Below, piece by piece: positions 12,301 through 24,038 of a DNA stretch of 64,000 nucleotides (its first letter is position 1; the number at the start of each line of letters is the position of its first letter). The notes beneath the pieces were generated by a model. The model did no database searches and was not told the origin of the DNA. It saw only the letters and a list, made by a program, of their open reading frames with translations. The DNA is from Lytechinus pictus. Lineage: Eukaryota. The translations under genes and the position numbers were made by a program. Location of the stretch: assembly GCF_037042905.1 (NCBI RefSeq), contig NC_087251.1:46440001-46504000 (forward strand), written 5' to 3'.

Positions 12301-15300
12301 AACATCAACGCCATCCACTACAGCTTCACAAGCCACATCACCTGGTAAGTCCTGTCTTTGGAGAAGAACATGTCGCTGTCAGGAGACAACCATCTACATG
12401 ATCACCCTAAGTTATTCGCTTGTATTCCCATTAAAAGAAATAGTTGGTCCCAATATAGCCCCAATTTAATAATTCGTCATAATATGCTCCATTAATGTAG
12501 CGCTCAGTAAGTTTTTTGCAATACATATTGTACTATGCCTACTCAGCTTGTTGTACGCAAGCAAATGGGAGACATATGTCAAACATTCGTACCATTGCAC
12601 ACATGACGTACCATCCAAAATGTACCTTTGCGTGGTTTTAGGAGGTGACGTCACAATACGATTCAATTCATTGCGCTCAGTAAAAGATGAAGATGAAATA
12701 CGCGTATAGCTTGCTTGCCTCATGTGCAATGCTGCCCGAGGTCATGTGTGCTTGTGGGATTTTGCTTTTCGCTTTCAATATTTTGTCTCCCTTTTCATAG
12801 ATAACTGCAGGGAAAAACTCATCTTTTTTTTTCATATTTTTGCTGAGCTCTAAGGCGTTGTACAACACAAATAGTGAATATTCTTCATGCAATGGTGCAA
12901 GATTTCGCATTCGGTGAAAGAAAGAAACACTCTATTTATCTTTCTTTCACCTCATGCGAAATGTCGCACCATCGCACTCATGCCTATTTGCTATTTGTAT
13001 ACTAGTACCCTGGGTTTAGCATGCCTTCCTCGATTGGTATCCAAGCATTCAGAATATTCTTTTCTTACTACACCATTTGAAAGTCAAGTTGCATTTTAAT
13101 CTGGAGTTTTGTTTCATTGCTACTCATTATGCATTGGGATCCGTGTGAGTGAAATTAAAACGTTCTTTAGTTTTGATACAGACAACTGGGATTAATACAG
13201 AATATCACTTGATAGATCATCATTAATACAAAAAAAATTCTGAAAAAAAAAATTAATGTATGATGGGGGGACCTAAAGCTATGCACTTTGTTTACAAACA
13301 ATAAAAACTGCCAATTTTACTGCCACTAATTTGTGGCAAACATTCTAAAGATCATTAACCAAGAAGAAAATATCACAAAACTCACAAATACCAAAGTCCC
13401 GCCATGTTTTATGAACACTTCTTGATTTCGCCGCCAGATGTAGAAGGGGTCCTAAAGCTATACACTCGATTTATAATGCAAAAAAATAGTATTTCATATT
13501 ATTATAGGAAAATATGAAATAAAGTGAATGTAACTCCAAAATTCCAAACAGTTGTGTTTTCTCTGCATTTAGAGATTTACTGCAGCCTCTGTATAAAAAT
13601 TTGAATAGGAATCGTTCGTCACTCTGCAGTCACAGTTCCACACATAGAGTGCCACTGCAAACTGCCTGCGCGATGAGTGGTGCATAGCTTTAGGACCCCC
13701 TACCAACATGTATTGGGGTCTTGTCATCCAAGCCTGCAAATTGACTTTATCTGGTTGTTATTGATATTTTATAACCAGTCTATCCTTTCTTTGTAAGGAG
13801 GAAAAATGGGGTCATTTTTGGGGATTGAAAATATTGAAATATTCATTTGTAATGCTGGAAAGCTTCTATGTGTGTTAACTATGATGAACCGGGGCCGCGG
13901 AAGCGGGGGGCTGGGGGGGGGGGGGTGGCTTCAACCCCCCACTCTTTTCCAAATATGTAAAAATGACCATATGATTGTGATTTTTTGCCTTGTCAGCCCC
14001 CCCCCCACTTTGAAAACCGTCTGCCGCTCCTGATGAATAGATGTAAAAATTATGTTTTTATATGCAACCTTTTTCTTTGAAAATTGCTTATTTTCATTTA
14101 TTTATAGAATAGTTTGTTTACCAATTTCCCTTTAATCTGTAAGACAGCAAGTTTCAAGATCACATCTTCTGTCCACTCACCTGCACTACATTTTTGAAAT
14201 TTTCTTTTTCTTTTCAGGAACACCATCATCAGCAGGTGCAAGTGCAGCCACGCCCACATCCTTGGGTACATCTCTACCAAACTTCCCTCCACCTCCAAGC
14301 ATGGGTGCTCCTGGTATGGGTATGTTCCCCCCGATGATGCCTCCATTCATGATGCCATTTGGTATGTTGAAACAATGAAATGTATTATTCAAGACTTTCT
14401 TGTATTTTTGTCTTTTCTGCTACTTTTTAAATGGTCATCAATTTGTCATTGTTTATTTATATGTACATATTATCTGTCTTGTACTTGACATTTATTTCAT
14501 GTTTGAGAAGATGGAATGTTTACCATCCTGAAAATACTTGGCTACCACAGCTCCTTTGATATTTAGAAAGTGCTGTTGATTTCTAGAGTCTGTTTCATAA
14601 AATCATCTATTTGTAATTCTTTATTTTTGGAATTATTTCCCCCAGTATTTTGTAGAAGTATTTTGTATTTTGTAAAAGGGCCAATTTTTAACAAGCCACT
14701 GTTTCTATTTAGTCCTTACCAATACCATAATATTTTTATTTTATCTTGTACTTATTTGTATTAACTTTGTATTTGATATTGGTCAATTAAATTGAACATG
14801 GACAACTCAAAGAAAGAGTATTATGGCATTTTCAATGTGACGTTTGCAAACTTTTACTCAACAGCTTTTACTGTGAAACAGCCTCCTTGTAATATTTCCT
14901 TTCACATACTATTTCCATTTGACCCTCCTACTGTACTAGGCATGTCACCTCCAATGCCCCCACCTAACTTCAGCGGTCTGTCTGATGAAGAGCTTCGGGC
15001 CATGGAAGGCATGGAGAGACAGCACGTCCAAGCCAGGATTGAATGCCTCCAGAACATCCAGGCTCTCCTCGATGCTGCAGTCATTCAGATGCAACAGTAC
15101 AGTACCATCGTCTCAGGATTAGGGTGAGTGAATATCAATAGAGACTTTGTATTTTGACTGGTGAATCATATTTTTAATGTTTTCTGCTCTCGAAGACGGC
15201 ACATATCACATGACAAATGTTATCTCCAGGCTGTCAACAATTTGGAAAAGCAATTTGATTTCACTAAAATAATGTATTGTTTTTTTTAGAATGAACGAAA

Positions 15301-17333
15301 TCACTGTGGAGGAGGAAATTTGTATAAAAAAAAAAAAAAATCTGACATACAAGCAGTATGTATGGGTTAGTGTCATTCCGTATATCAAGTGATGATTTTT
15401 TTTCCCCCCCTAAAAGGATAATTGTTTGAGAATACACTAGATCACTTTCTAGAATATTAGGATGTTAGTTTTGGTATAGTATTATTTTAAGTGTAAACAT
15501 TTCCTTGTTCATAATTGATTCTCTACAGCATGTAAGAGACTCTGAGTTTAGGTAATCTTATTGCCTTTTTTACTTGAGATTGAATATGACTCCTCTTTTT
15601 GTTTGAAAATATGCATCATTACCACAACTACTTTAGGTTTGTTACTATATGTGTATATATGCTTAGTAGTAATAAAAATTGCCAGAGAGGAAGGTGATTT
15701 AAGCAAAATTCAAATGCACATTTTGGTTTACACAAAATAGGATCTGATATTGATTCAATTACAAAAGAATCCAGTCAGTATACACAAGTCCAAGTGTAAT
15801 TTTATTTATAAATGATTATGATTGTTATTTCATTATCAACCGATACTTCTTTTCAACCCCCCCCCCACCCCATCCCTTCAGTGTACCTACCGTTCCTGTC
15901 ACACCAGCCTCCACCAACACTACATCAGCCACCTCCACGGTCCCCACCCCTACAGTACAGACAGAGGCATCAGCTGCCCCGCCCACCACACCCAGTGAAC
16001 CAGAGACATTAACATCGACAGCTGAAGCCAACGCCAGCGAGTCAAGCAATGGTAAGATCAAAGAAAGAGAGAGATTAACAAAGGACAGTATTATGCAACA
16101 GCCACGCCAGCGAAACTAACTCTGGACCGACCACATCTGGGGATCGTTTCATGAAAGTTGTCAGCACTGACAAGATGTCTTTCTCCGACAGTTACCATAG
16201 TAACAGCCAGAGGCCAGAGCTTCTCAGCCAATCAAAAGCAAAGATTTCACTGAAATAGTCAGCACTGACAACTTTCATGAAACACCCCCCTGAAGGCCAC
16301 CGCACACCTTACGGTTGGTCTGCGACCCAATTTTAGAATAATGTGTCGTAAAATTTGATGCTAGTGAGAAATTGAATAATTTTCTTAATCATCGTACAAA
16401 TACCTTCAAGTATGTTCAAATCTGTGACTATGCTTTCATCCTTATTAGAATAAAAGTGAACTTGATATCTAGTCGTGATGGCGTCATAGCAATCGTACGA
16501 TTGGCTACGATTTGAAACTGATTTGCCCTTTACTCCAAAATAAAGACTTGCAATCATCGAAAATTGTTTTATTAGTATTCTTTCAGTTAATTTGAACCTC
16601 AAATGAAAAGATACCTTTCATTCACATTTTCAGAAATTGAGCAAAATGCGATTGTTCCAAAATCGGATTGTGAACCAGTTGTAAGGTGTGTAGTGGCCTT
16701 TATACATTATTCCCAGTTACATACTATCAGTCAGTTTGGAGTCGGTTTCACTGGTGTGACTGTGGAAGTAAAAAGGAATGTCACAGTCACACTCCAGAGT
16801 GACCAAATCTATTACGTTATTACCAATACATACCATGGGTCAGTTTGGAGATAGATATCCGATAGATAGCATTTGGGATTGGTTTTACATCGAAGAGCTT
16901 GGACAGTTGTCATGGCAGATGTTTTGAATTCATTCATGCCTTGAATACACAAGTAAGCGTGCAAGTCAACATATTCACCTAAAATTCCCCAAAATATTTG
17001 ACTAAGGCAAATTTTCCTGTAGTAGATAAACATCATACACCTTAAAAGACATCACTGTGGTTGTAGATTCACCGGCCTGCAATCAGTGGATGTCAAATTC
17101 AAATACTGCTGGTTCCAGTTGTTGTTATTATTATTATTTTATTTTTATCCCACCCTCTATCCCTGTCTGTAGATTTATCAGCCTTAGAGGGCGCCGTTGG
17201 CTTCACATCGCCCGTCAAGGACATCAAGGATGAAGAAGTGGAACCGGTGCCAGAGAGTCCCGAGGAACAGGAACGCGACGAGGTCAGGAGGAGACGGTTA
17301 CAGAGACTTAGTAGCAACACATCAACTTCATGA
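3218..17333 (+). CDS. SYVN1: E3 ubiquitin ligase synoviolin/HRD1, 5'-partial. Exons 3218-3310, 4560-4712, 5670-5718, 6506-6609, 7186-7312, 8032-8131, 9310-9375, 10969-11315, 12174-12344, 14218-14361, 14940-15123, 15882-16051, 17173-17333 (1869 nt, 622 aa plus stop)
   Basis: All introns are GT-AG with consistent phases. Translation gives the HRD1 TM region (ERSWYAVTETCLAFTVFRDDF, SENPWENKAVY), RING-H2 ([33 protein letters not shown]), Pro-rich region, HAF-H-like helix and C-terminal VCP-binding motif. Confidence 0.96.
3980..4497. mobile_element. hAT-type MITE with AATTAC subterminal repeats
   Basis: TIR CAGGGTTGGGCTCAAT / ATTGAGCCCAACAGTG; exact 8-bp TSD TCTAATTT at 3972-3979 and 4498-4505. 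Confidence 0.85.
4560..4712 (+). CDS. SYVN1: SYVN1 exon (HLIERSWYAVTETC..AEDRVDY)
   Basis: ttcag|CAT ... TAT|gtaagt. Confidence 0.96.
5402..5597. mobile_element. Short MITE, unexpanded relative of the 19419-20612 element
   Basis: TIR TGGGGTGTTGCAAGAAA / TTTCTTGCAACACCCC. Confidence 0.75.
5670..5718 (+). CDS. SYVN1: SYVN1 exon (MERSPVISWVFHMRVI)
   Basis: cacag|ATG ... A|gtaagt. Confidence 0.94.
6506..6609 (+). CDS. SYVN1: SYVN1 exon (..YHSTLTKGASVQLVFGFE)
   Basis: aacag|CC ... GAG|gtatgt. Confidence 0.95.
7186..7312 (+). CDS. SYVN1: SYVN1 exon (YAILLTV..SENPWENKAVYMLYTDLIM)
   Basis: ttcag|TAT ... G|gtaaga. Confidence 0.95.
8032..8131 (+). CDS. SYVN1: SYVN1 exon (GFIKVFLY..FPLFATRPMYLAMR)
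   Basis: ttag|GT ... AG|gtaagt. Confidence 0.95.
8250..8360. repeat. (GAT)n microsatellite followed by an A-rich tract
   Basis: Imperfect GAT/GGT/AAT triplets. Confidence 0.9.
8731..9040 (-). mobile_element. tRNA-derived SINE with L2-like 3' tail
   Basis: Reverse complement: TGGCCCAGTGG A box, GGTTCAAATCC B box, core caacccaggtg..aatgggtacc, tail gcgcatagag..gcgctatacaag(ATT)n. Confidence 0.85.
9310..9375 (+). CDS. SYVN1: SYVN1 exon (SFKKAVHDVIMSRRAIRNMNTL)
   Basis: ttag|G ... CT|gtaagt. Confidence 0.95.
10003..10922. mobile_element. Non-autonomous Academ (AcademH-like) DNA transposon
   Basis: TAG..CTA termini, 41-bp outer TIR (37/41 match), inner inverted block 10081-10113 / 10808-10840, exact 9-bp TSD CTTCTGTGT (9994-10002, 10923-10931), internal RecQ-like stub. 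Confidence 0.8.
10241..10436 (+). pseudogene. RecQ-like SF2 helicase N-terminal fragment (Q motif plus Walker A) inside the transposon
   Basis: FKDLQVDEINSALKGRDVFVNLPTGYGKNVIF; similarity stops right after motif I. Confidence 0.75.
10969..11315 (+). CDS. SYVN1: SYVN1 RING-H2 exon
   Basis: ccag|GTACCCCGAT (YPDAT) ... CAAG|gtatgc; contains the C3H2C3 RING. Confidence 0.96.
12174..12344 (+). CDS. SYVN1: SYVN1 Pro-rich exon (GMPPFPPGFQFW..)
   Basis: acag|GT ... G|gtaagt. Confidence 0.9.
13265..13700. mobile_element. MITE
   Basis: TIR GGGGGACCTAAAGCTATGCAC / GTGCATAGCTTTAGGACCCCC; an internal copy of the terminus lies at ~13446. Confidence 0.7.
14218..14361 (+). CDS. SYVN1: SYVN1 Pro/Ser-rich exon (..MFPPMMPPFMMPF)
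   Basis: ttcag|GA ... G|gtatgt; open frame, phase 1-1. Confidence 0.88.
14940..15123 (+). CDS. SYVN1: SYVN1 exon (SGLSDEELRAMEGMERQHVQARIECLQNIQALLDAA)
   Basis: ctag|GC ... GG|gtgagt; conserved HRD1 cytosolic helix. Confidence 0.95.
15882..16051 (+). CDS. SYVN1: SYVN1 Thr/Pro-rich exon
   Basis: ttcag|T ... G|gtaaga; phase 2-1 fits both neighbouring exons. Confidence 0.85.
16139..16290. mobile_element. Short MITE, GGGG-n-GTTTCATGAAA family (relatives at ~33237-33640 and 45532-45642)
   Basis: Inverted ends gtttcatgaaagttgtcagcactgac / gtcagcactgacaactttcatgaaac. Confidence 0.7.
16294..16699. mobile_element. MITE, PIF/Harbinger-like
   Basis: TIR AGGCCACCGCACACCTTAC / GTAAGGTGTGTAGTGGCCT. Confidence 0.65.
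17173..17333 (+). CDS. SYVN1: SYVN1 last coding exon with VCP-binding motif EVRRRRLQRL
   Basis: gtag|AT ... TCA TGA. Confidence 0.92.
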
Positions 17334-17807
17334 GATTTCCTTGGGTTACAGAGGTTACAGAGACTCAGTATTGAAACATCAACTTCACACAAGATTTCCT
17401 TGATCATCTTCTCATTCCTCCCCTTACGAAGATGAATATTACATCGCCATGGCAATGCTGCATGAAACTGTTGACAAGAACAGCTTTGGCGTGGTTGCTG
17501 ATCTGATTTGTGAAGTTATTCTGCTTTTATTTTTTTTCTTCAGGTAATCCTGCCTTAGTGAGCAGAGCATGGAAGATTTGTGAACAGTATTTTGAAATTT
17601 ATGTTTATTTTAATAAGGATGGCAGCGTGCTTATCATTGCATATTGAGCTGAGATTATTGGGTAGTTTGTATTTATATCATTAATTTTGAGAGTCCAACA
17701 TCACAATAATATGACCATTGTTTCATTATATTTGCCCTAAAAAAATCATGAACAACTCTTTAATGTAATGAATAACCATTACATTTGCATTACATTTTAG
17801 GCTTATG

Positions 17808-18236
17808 CAGACCTGCCAACCAGTACGTTTTAGCCGTATTTAGTACGTTTTTGCAACCAAAATACGGCAGTACGTTTTTTCTTTGAAAAATACTTTTTTT
17901 TTTTTTAAAACTAAATTGTAATTTATTGAGAAAAATAATATCTATATGTCTCTATTTCATAAAACGTGCACAAATATGGTTATTAGATCAATGTAATTTC
18001 AGGTAACTTGTTTTTTTTTTCAATCATTTTGTTCAAACCAGGGTGAAGATATACACATGTTTTAATGTTGTTTTTTCATCTGCAAGAGCAGTGCGCATTT
18101 TAGCTTGCATGCAGCCTGAGCGCCGCGATGAGCGAGTGCGCCAAGCATTTTATTATGAAATACACTTTTTGGGGGAAAAATACAGTTTTTTTTATCACAG
18201 AATACAGTTTTTCATTCCCAGAGGTTGGCAGGTCTG
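17808..18236. mobile_element. MITE with 6-bp TSD, downstream of the SYVN1 stop
   Basis: TIR CAGACCTGCCAACC / GGTTGGCAGGTCTG; TSD CTTATG on both sides. Confidence 0.85.
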
Positions 18237-19418
18237 CTTATGTAGCTTTTGGGCCCACTTAACTTATATGCTAGATGGTGATGTAGAGGTGTCATGCTCA
18301 TAGATTTAGAAATAAGTTCTTGTTCTTTTTAGTTCTTGAAATATAGCGATATGACTTACAGTATCTGATTGGTTATACATAATTTCATACATAGACTTAT
18401 TATAAAGGATGATAGTTCATGAATATATTTCATGGATTATATACTGAATGTTGTCATTCAAGCTGAGGGCTAGTTATTTTGAATAAAATTGGACAATCTC
18501 TACCACATGTACAAGCCATTATTTGATGTTTTCTTCTTTTTCATTGGTAAACAATGTTTGAATAAATATTTGATGATGATGAAATTACTTATCTACTTAT
18601 ATTACTCCCACATTGACCTCATGAAGTTATTATTGTAATCTGAAAAAAAAACACAATGGATTTTTTTAAAAACTAATTATTGCAAGGTAACAATTTATGT
18701 CACAATCGCTTGTTAAGGGTTACTTTACTTTGATAAGTTGTGAATAACCTGAAATCAGAAGTAGTGATAAGCAAACAGGCATATAAATTGTTCCAAATAA
18801 TAGCTTGAATTACACATTGTACAGCCTCAGTAATAATAATAATAATGACTGGCTCTACTTTCAAGAAACATCAAATATGTTGCCCTTAAAAGAACCATAT
18901 TGCCCTCGTCTAAAGACTCGGGCCAATATGATTCTGTTGCGGGCCACATATTTGATGTTCCCCTCAAGGCCAGTCAATATTATATAAATAGTATTGTTGC
19001 TGTTGCATAGAACAAATACTTCAGTATGCTTGCCAATCAAATAAAAAGAACGCATAGGCTTGCAAAGAGATGACTTGGACTGACCTTTAAAGATACTTTC
19101 TCCTCTAAAATTCTATGGCCGGTATTCTGATATCCGGCTTAACTTAGGACATGGTCTGACTCCGTGATAACATTATGGGAAGCAAAAAATTTGAAATTGT
19201 AAAATTTTTCATGATTTGATGGTTATTCATGTATTCCTTTAAAAAACATTAATTTCATCACATCCAGTGAATACTAATAAAATGTTTATAATGGTTGGTT
19301 TTTAACAGTAGCTCAAATAATAGACAAAATGCCAAATGCCGATAATAAAACAATTTCCTACTTAGATCACTGACATACTGCTCGGTGAATATGGTCTATA
19401 CCATGTCTCTCTTTCCTA

Positions 19419-20612
19419 TGGGGTATTGCAAGAAACTCGCAATCAATTGCAAGTCAATTTTGGGTCAAAAAATCAATCACAAATCTGGCAAATAATTGCA
19501 AATTTGTACTTGATTGCTGTTCTGCTTCTTTTAACAAGAAGTTAAAATTAATTTGCTCTAGTTACAAGTGATATATCAATTGCAAGTTTGCATCAGAAAT
19601 TGGCAATCGATTGTAAATGATTTCTTGCATTACGATTGCTGGTCTGCTTCTTTTAACAAGATGTTAAAATTAATTTGCTCTAGTTACAAGTAATATATCA
19701 ATTGCAAGTTTGCATCAGAAATTGGCGATCGATTGTAAATGATTTCTTGCATTACGATTGCTGGTCTGCTTCTTTTAACAGAAGTTAAAATTAATTTGCT
19801 CTAGTTACAAGTGATATATCAATTGCAAGCTTGCATCAGAAATTGGCAATCGATTGTAAATGATTTCTTGCATTGCGATTGCTGGTCTGCTTCTTTTAAC
19901 AAGATGTTAAAATTAATTTGCTCTAGTTACAAGTGATATATCAATTGCAAGTTTGCATCAGAAATTGGCGATCGATTGTAAATGATTTCTTGCATTATGA
20001 TTGCTGGTCTGCTTCTTTTAACAAGAAGTTAAAATCAATTTGCTCTAGTTACAAGTGATATATCAATTGCAAGTTTGCATCAGAAATTGGCGATCGATTG
20101 TAAATGATTTCTTGCATTACGATTGCTGGTCTGCTTCTTTTAACAAGAAGTTAAAATTAATTTGCTCTAGTTACAAGTGATATCAATTGCAAGTTTGCAT
20201 CAGAAATTGGTGATCAATTGTAAATGATTTCTTGCGTTACGATTGCTGGTCTGCTTCTTTTAACAAGAAGTTAAAATTAATTTGCTCTAGTTACAAGTGA
20301 TATATCAATTGCAAGTTTGCATCAGAAATTGGCGATCGATTGTAAATGATTTCTTGCATTACGATTGCTGGTCTGCTTCTTTTAACAAGAAGTTAAAATT
20401 AATTTGCTCTAGTTACAAGTGACATCAATTGCAAGTTTGCATCAGAAATTGGCAATCGATTGTAAATGATTTCTTGCATTACAATTGCTGGTCTGCTACT
20501 TTTAACAAGAATTTAAAATTAGTTTGCTCTAGTTACAAGTGATATATCAATTGCAAGTTTGCATCAGAATTCGGCAATCGATCGATTGTAAATGATTTCT
20601 TGCATTACCCCC
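19419..20612. repeat. MITE containing a tandem array of 9 x ~122-bp units (19512-20608)
   Basis: Unit starts at 19512, 19634, 19756, 19877, 19999, 20121, 20241, 20363, 20483; ends TGGGGTATTGCAAGAAA / TTTCTTGCATTACCCCC. Confidence 0.92.
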
Positions 20613-22550
20613 TTTTGAATTAGCCTACCACAGAATGCTGTTATGAAAACTAATGTAAAATCTTCAATTGAAAAGTGTTAGCGCTTGTCCTAGTGATAAA
20701 TGGGATAGGTCATTTGAGAAAAGTTGCTTATGAGCTTATTATGAATTGGCTTATTACCTTAAAACAATGTGCAATCAGCAGTAAAAAAAAAAAGCAAAGT
20801 AAATAATACATCAATGTATGTCTAATATGATTTTAATATTGTGAAAATCTGAACATGTGCTTTATTTTGTAGAATGTGGTGCTGAGATTCAAAATATCTT
20901 TCATTTAGGGGTTTATGTTATATAGAGAAGAGGAATATTTCTGTAAGTTAAAAATATTATCATCAATCAGAGCTTTTAAAGGTTACTCTTAGATTTAAAT
21001 ACATTTTTGATGACTGACGTTCATGTATTATTTCATTTATGTAAGAAGTTTGTTGTATATTTTATAATGATGATTTGAATTCTGTGTTATTAATTACTAG
21101 TAGTGTGTATAATAGAAATGACAACCACACTGCTGCTATTGTCTATGAAAACTCAATTCATTCATATCAGTCTAATATCTGATATCTTTAACTATTAAAA
21201 TGATATAGTTACATAGGTTTTGGTTAAAGATTAATTCCTGCTTTGGTTGAGTTATTTTCATTATATATCTCATTTTAAAGTGTATATGTATATAAGGGTG
21301 AATTAGATGGGATGAAATTTACTTCCCGAATACATGAGTACTTGCCTAAAATTGAAGTTGATCCATCAAAATAATATTCATACCTATATTTGAAGTAGCA
21401 AACATGCATTCTCAATATGATCTGTCTCTGATTCCACTATCAAAATTTTTTCAAAATGTGAAAATTTGAACAAGTAAATTTGAACTTCCTAGGTTCTAAA
21501 TACATGAAGCTGTATTTTCCAAATGTATAAAATGTAAGAATTATATTTTTTAAAAGCAGGCACTCTATATTTTCTTTCGAAGCAATATCTGTGTATTATT
21601 TTTTGCACAATTCATGCAATAGAATTATATTGATTGCTGTTTTTTTTCTTCAAATTATTTCAAAAGAGACATTATTATTATTCTTCAAACTCCCTTCTTT
21701 TGTGCATTCATATTTTGGGGTTAAATTCCATTGCATATTATATCTATGTCAAGTAGACTCGCCTAATTTATTCCAGTTTAGAATAGAATTATTAGATTTC
21801 TTATTGGAAAATGCTACTTATTTTGCGTGGAGAACACAGTGATTCAGATAAGATGATGGGCTATTACAACTTTGATATGTGTGATTATTAAAATGAAAAT
21901 TTGTTCAGAATGTTTATAAATTGTTTGTATAAATGAATGAATATCTGAATGAAGCATTTTGATTCGTCTGTTTTTTTTCTTTTATAGTAATTCTTAAGCC
22001 TAAGAGAGCTCACTTAAAAAAAAATGTTGTATTGAGTAATTTTCTGAACCAGTAATTCTATGAAAATTATATTTCAAATAGTGGTTGCAATTATTGTTGA
22101 ATTTTAATTAATTTGCATAATTAATGAAGTTCATAATTCTAGAGACCCCCACAAACTAACTGCTACAAAAGACTATTCAACCCACCCTTTCAGGAAAAAC
22201 CTCCACCCCCCCCCCTTGTCTTGAAAGGGCATGGATGCGTTGGGAATTAGACACAATAATTTTATAAGGCAAACTATTGTGCAAAAACAATTTGGCCCCT
22301 AAAATGGTATAGTGTCTATTTTGGCTGGATCTGGGCCTGGGCGCCCCCATTTCTCAAACACAGATTTTTTTGTAACGAGCTGTTAGATGATGGTCCATCA
22401 TGATGAACAATATTTAAAGAGAGTTTCCTGGTGCAGCCCTAAAAATTTTTAGAAAAGGAGAGCATTTTGTCCCAAAATATCTGACAAGTAAAAACAAATA
22501 TCATTCAAAGGGTGTTTGGTCTCCAGAACACGGTTGATTAAAATGCATCT

Positions 22551-24038
22551 AAGGTCGAGTCCTCCCCCAGAAAAATGTTGATTTGAATTAATAGAGAAAA
22601 ATCAAACTAGTATAACACTGAAATAAGAAAGATGGCATTTTGAAGTTTCGCTTATTTTTCACAAAACAGTGATATACACAACTCATTGACATGCACATGA
22701 GTCAGTCGATGTCCATCACTATTTCTTTTGCTTTATATAATTATAAAATATTTCATTTTTGTCTCACCTGCATAGCAGAGTGAGACTATAGGCGCCGCTT
22801 TTCCGACGGCGACGGCGGCGGCGGCGGCGTCAACACCAAATCTTAACCTGAGGTTAAGTTTTTGAAATGACAGCATAACTTAGAAAGTGTATGGACCTAG
22901 TTCATGAAACTTGGCCATAAGGTTAATCAAGTATTACTGAACATCCTGCCTGAGTTTCATGTCACATGACCAAGGTCAAAGGTCATTTAGGGTCAATGAA
23001 CTTAGACCATGTTGGGGGAATCAACATCAAAATCTTAACCTAAGGTTAAGTTTTTGAAATGTCATCATAACTTAGAAAATATATGGACCTAGTTCATGAA
23101 ACTTATACATAAGGTTAATCAAGTATCACTGAACATCCTGCATGAGTTTCACGTCACATGACCAAGGTCAAAGGTCATTTAGGGTCAATGAACTTTGGCC
23201 GAATTGGGGGTATCTATTGAATTACCATCATAACTTTGAAAGTTTATGGATCTGATTCATGAAACTTGGACATAATAGTAATCAAGTATTACTGAACATC
23301 CTGTGCAAGTTTCAGGTCACATGATCAAGGTCAAAGGTCATTTAGGGTCAATGAACTTTGGCCAAATTGGGGTATTTGTTGAATTACAGCCATAAATTTG
23401 AAAGTGTGTTGGTCTAGTTCATAAAACTTGGACATAATAGTAATCAAGTATCACTGAACATCCTGTGCGAGTTTCAGGTCACATGATCAAGGTCAAAGGT
23501 CATGTAAGGTCAAAGAACTTTGGCCACGTTGGGGGTATTTGTTGAATTGCCATCATATCTCTATAAGTATATTGGTCTAGTTCATAAAACGTGGAAATAA
23601 GAGTAACCAAGTATCACTGAACATCTTGTGCGAGTTATAGTAGTTTTCAAAATCAGCACTGCTGCTATATTGAATCGCGTGATGCAGGTGAGACGGCCAG
23701 AGGCATTCCACTTGTTTACATATTTGACCAACTTGACTGAACCATATAGTATTAAACAATGCTCTTTCCACATGTTCAGGGAGGAATTAATCGTTGGTTT
23801 CACTTGACAATGAGGAGAAAATTAGAATATTTCATATAATAAAATACAAAAGAAATAGTGGATGACGTCAAAAGTCTCCTCATTTGTATACCAAGCAGGA
23901 TGTGCATATCACTGTTTTGTAAAATTAAGAGAAACTTTAAAATGTCATAACTTTACTATTGTCAGTGTTATGCTTGTTGGCTTTTTCTCTTTTAGTTCAA
24001 TTAAACTTTTTGTTGGCCGGGGTGGACTTGTCCTTTAA
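22551..24038. mobile_element. Kolobok-like MITE interrupted by a Helentron-associated insertion
   Basis: Right end GGGGTGGACTTGTCCT|TTAA; body matches the intact copy at 53851-54446 in reverse orientation. Confidence 0.7.
22761..23714 (+). mobile_element. Helentron-associated non-autonomous element (HINE/DINE-1/Tsp/pearl-like) with internal tandem repeats
   Basis: Inserted in a T run; subTIR GTCTCACCTGCAT (22761) / ATGCAGGTGAGAC (23682); 5' fold-back GTGAGAC; (GGC)n microsatellite; about 4.5 units of 192/163/162/163 bp with AAGGTCAAAGGTCA. Confidence 0.8.

Noticed and set aside
7129..17400. Both SYVN1 micro-duplications have a 57-nt offset
   Set aside because: The sequences are unrelated; treated as coincidence.
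19512..20608. CRISPR-like array (also 51597-52015)
   Set aside because: Head-to-tail repeats without unique spacers, in a eukaryotic context with no cas genes.
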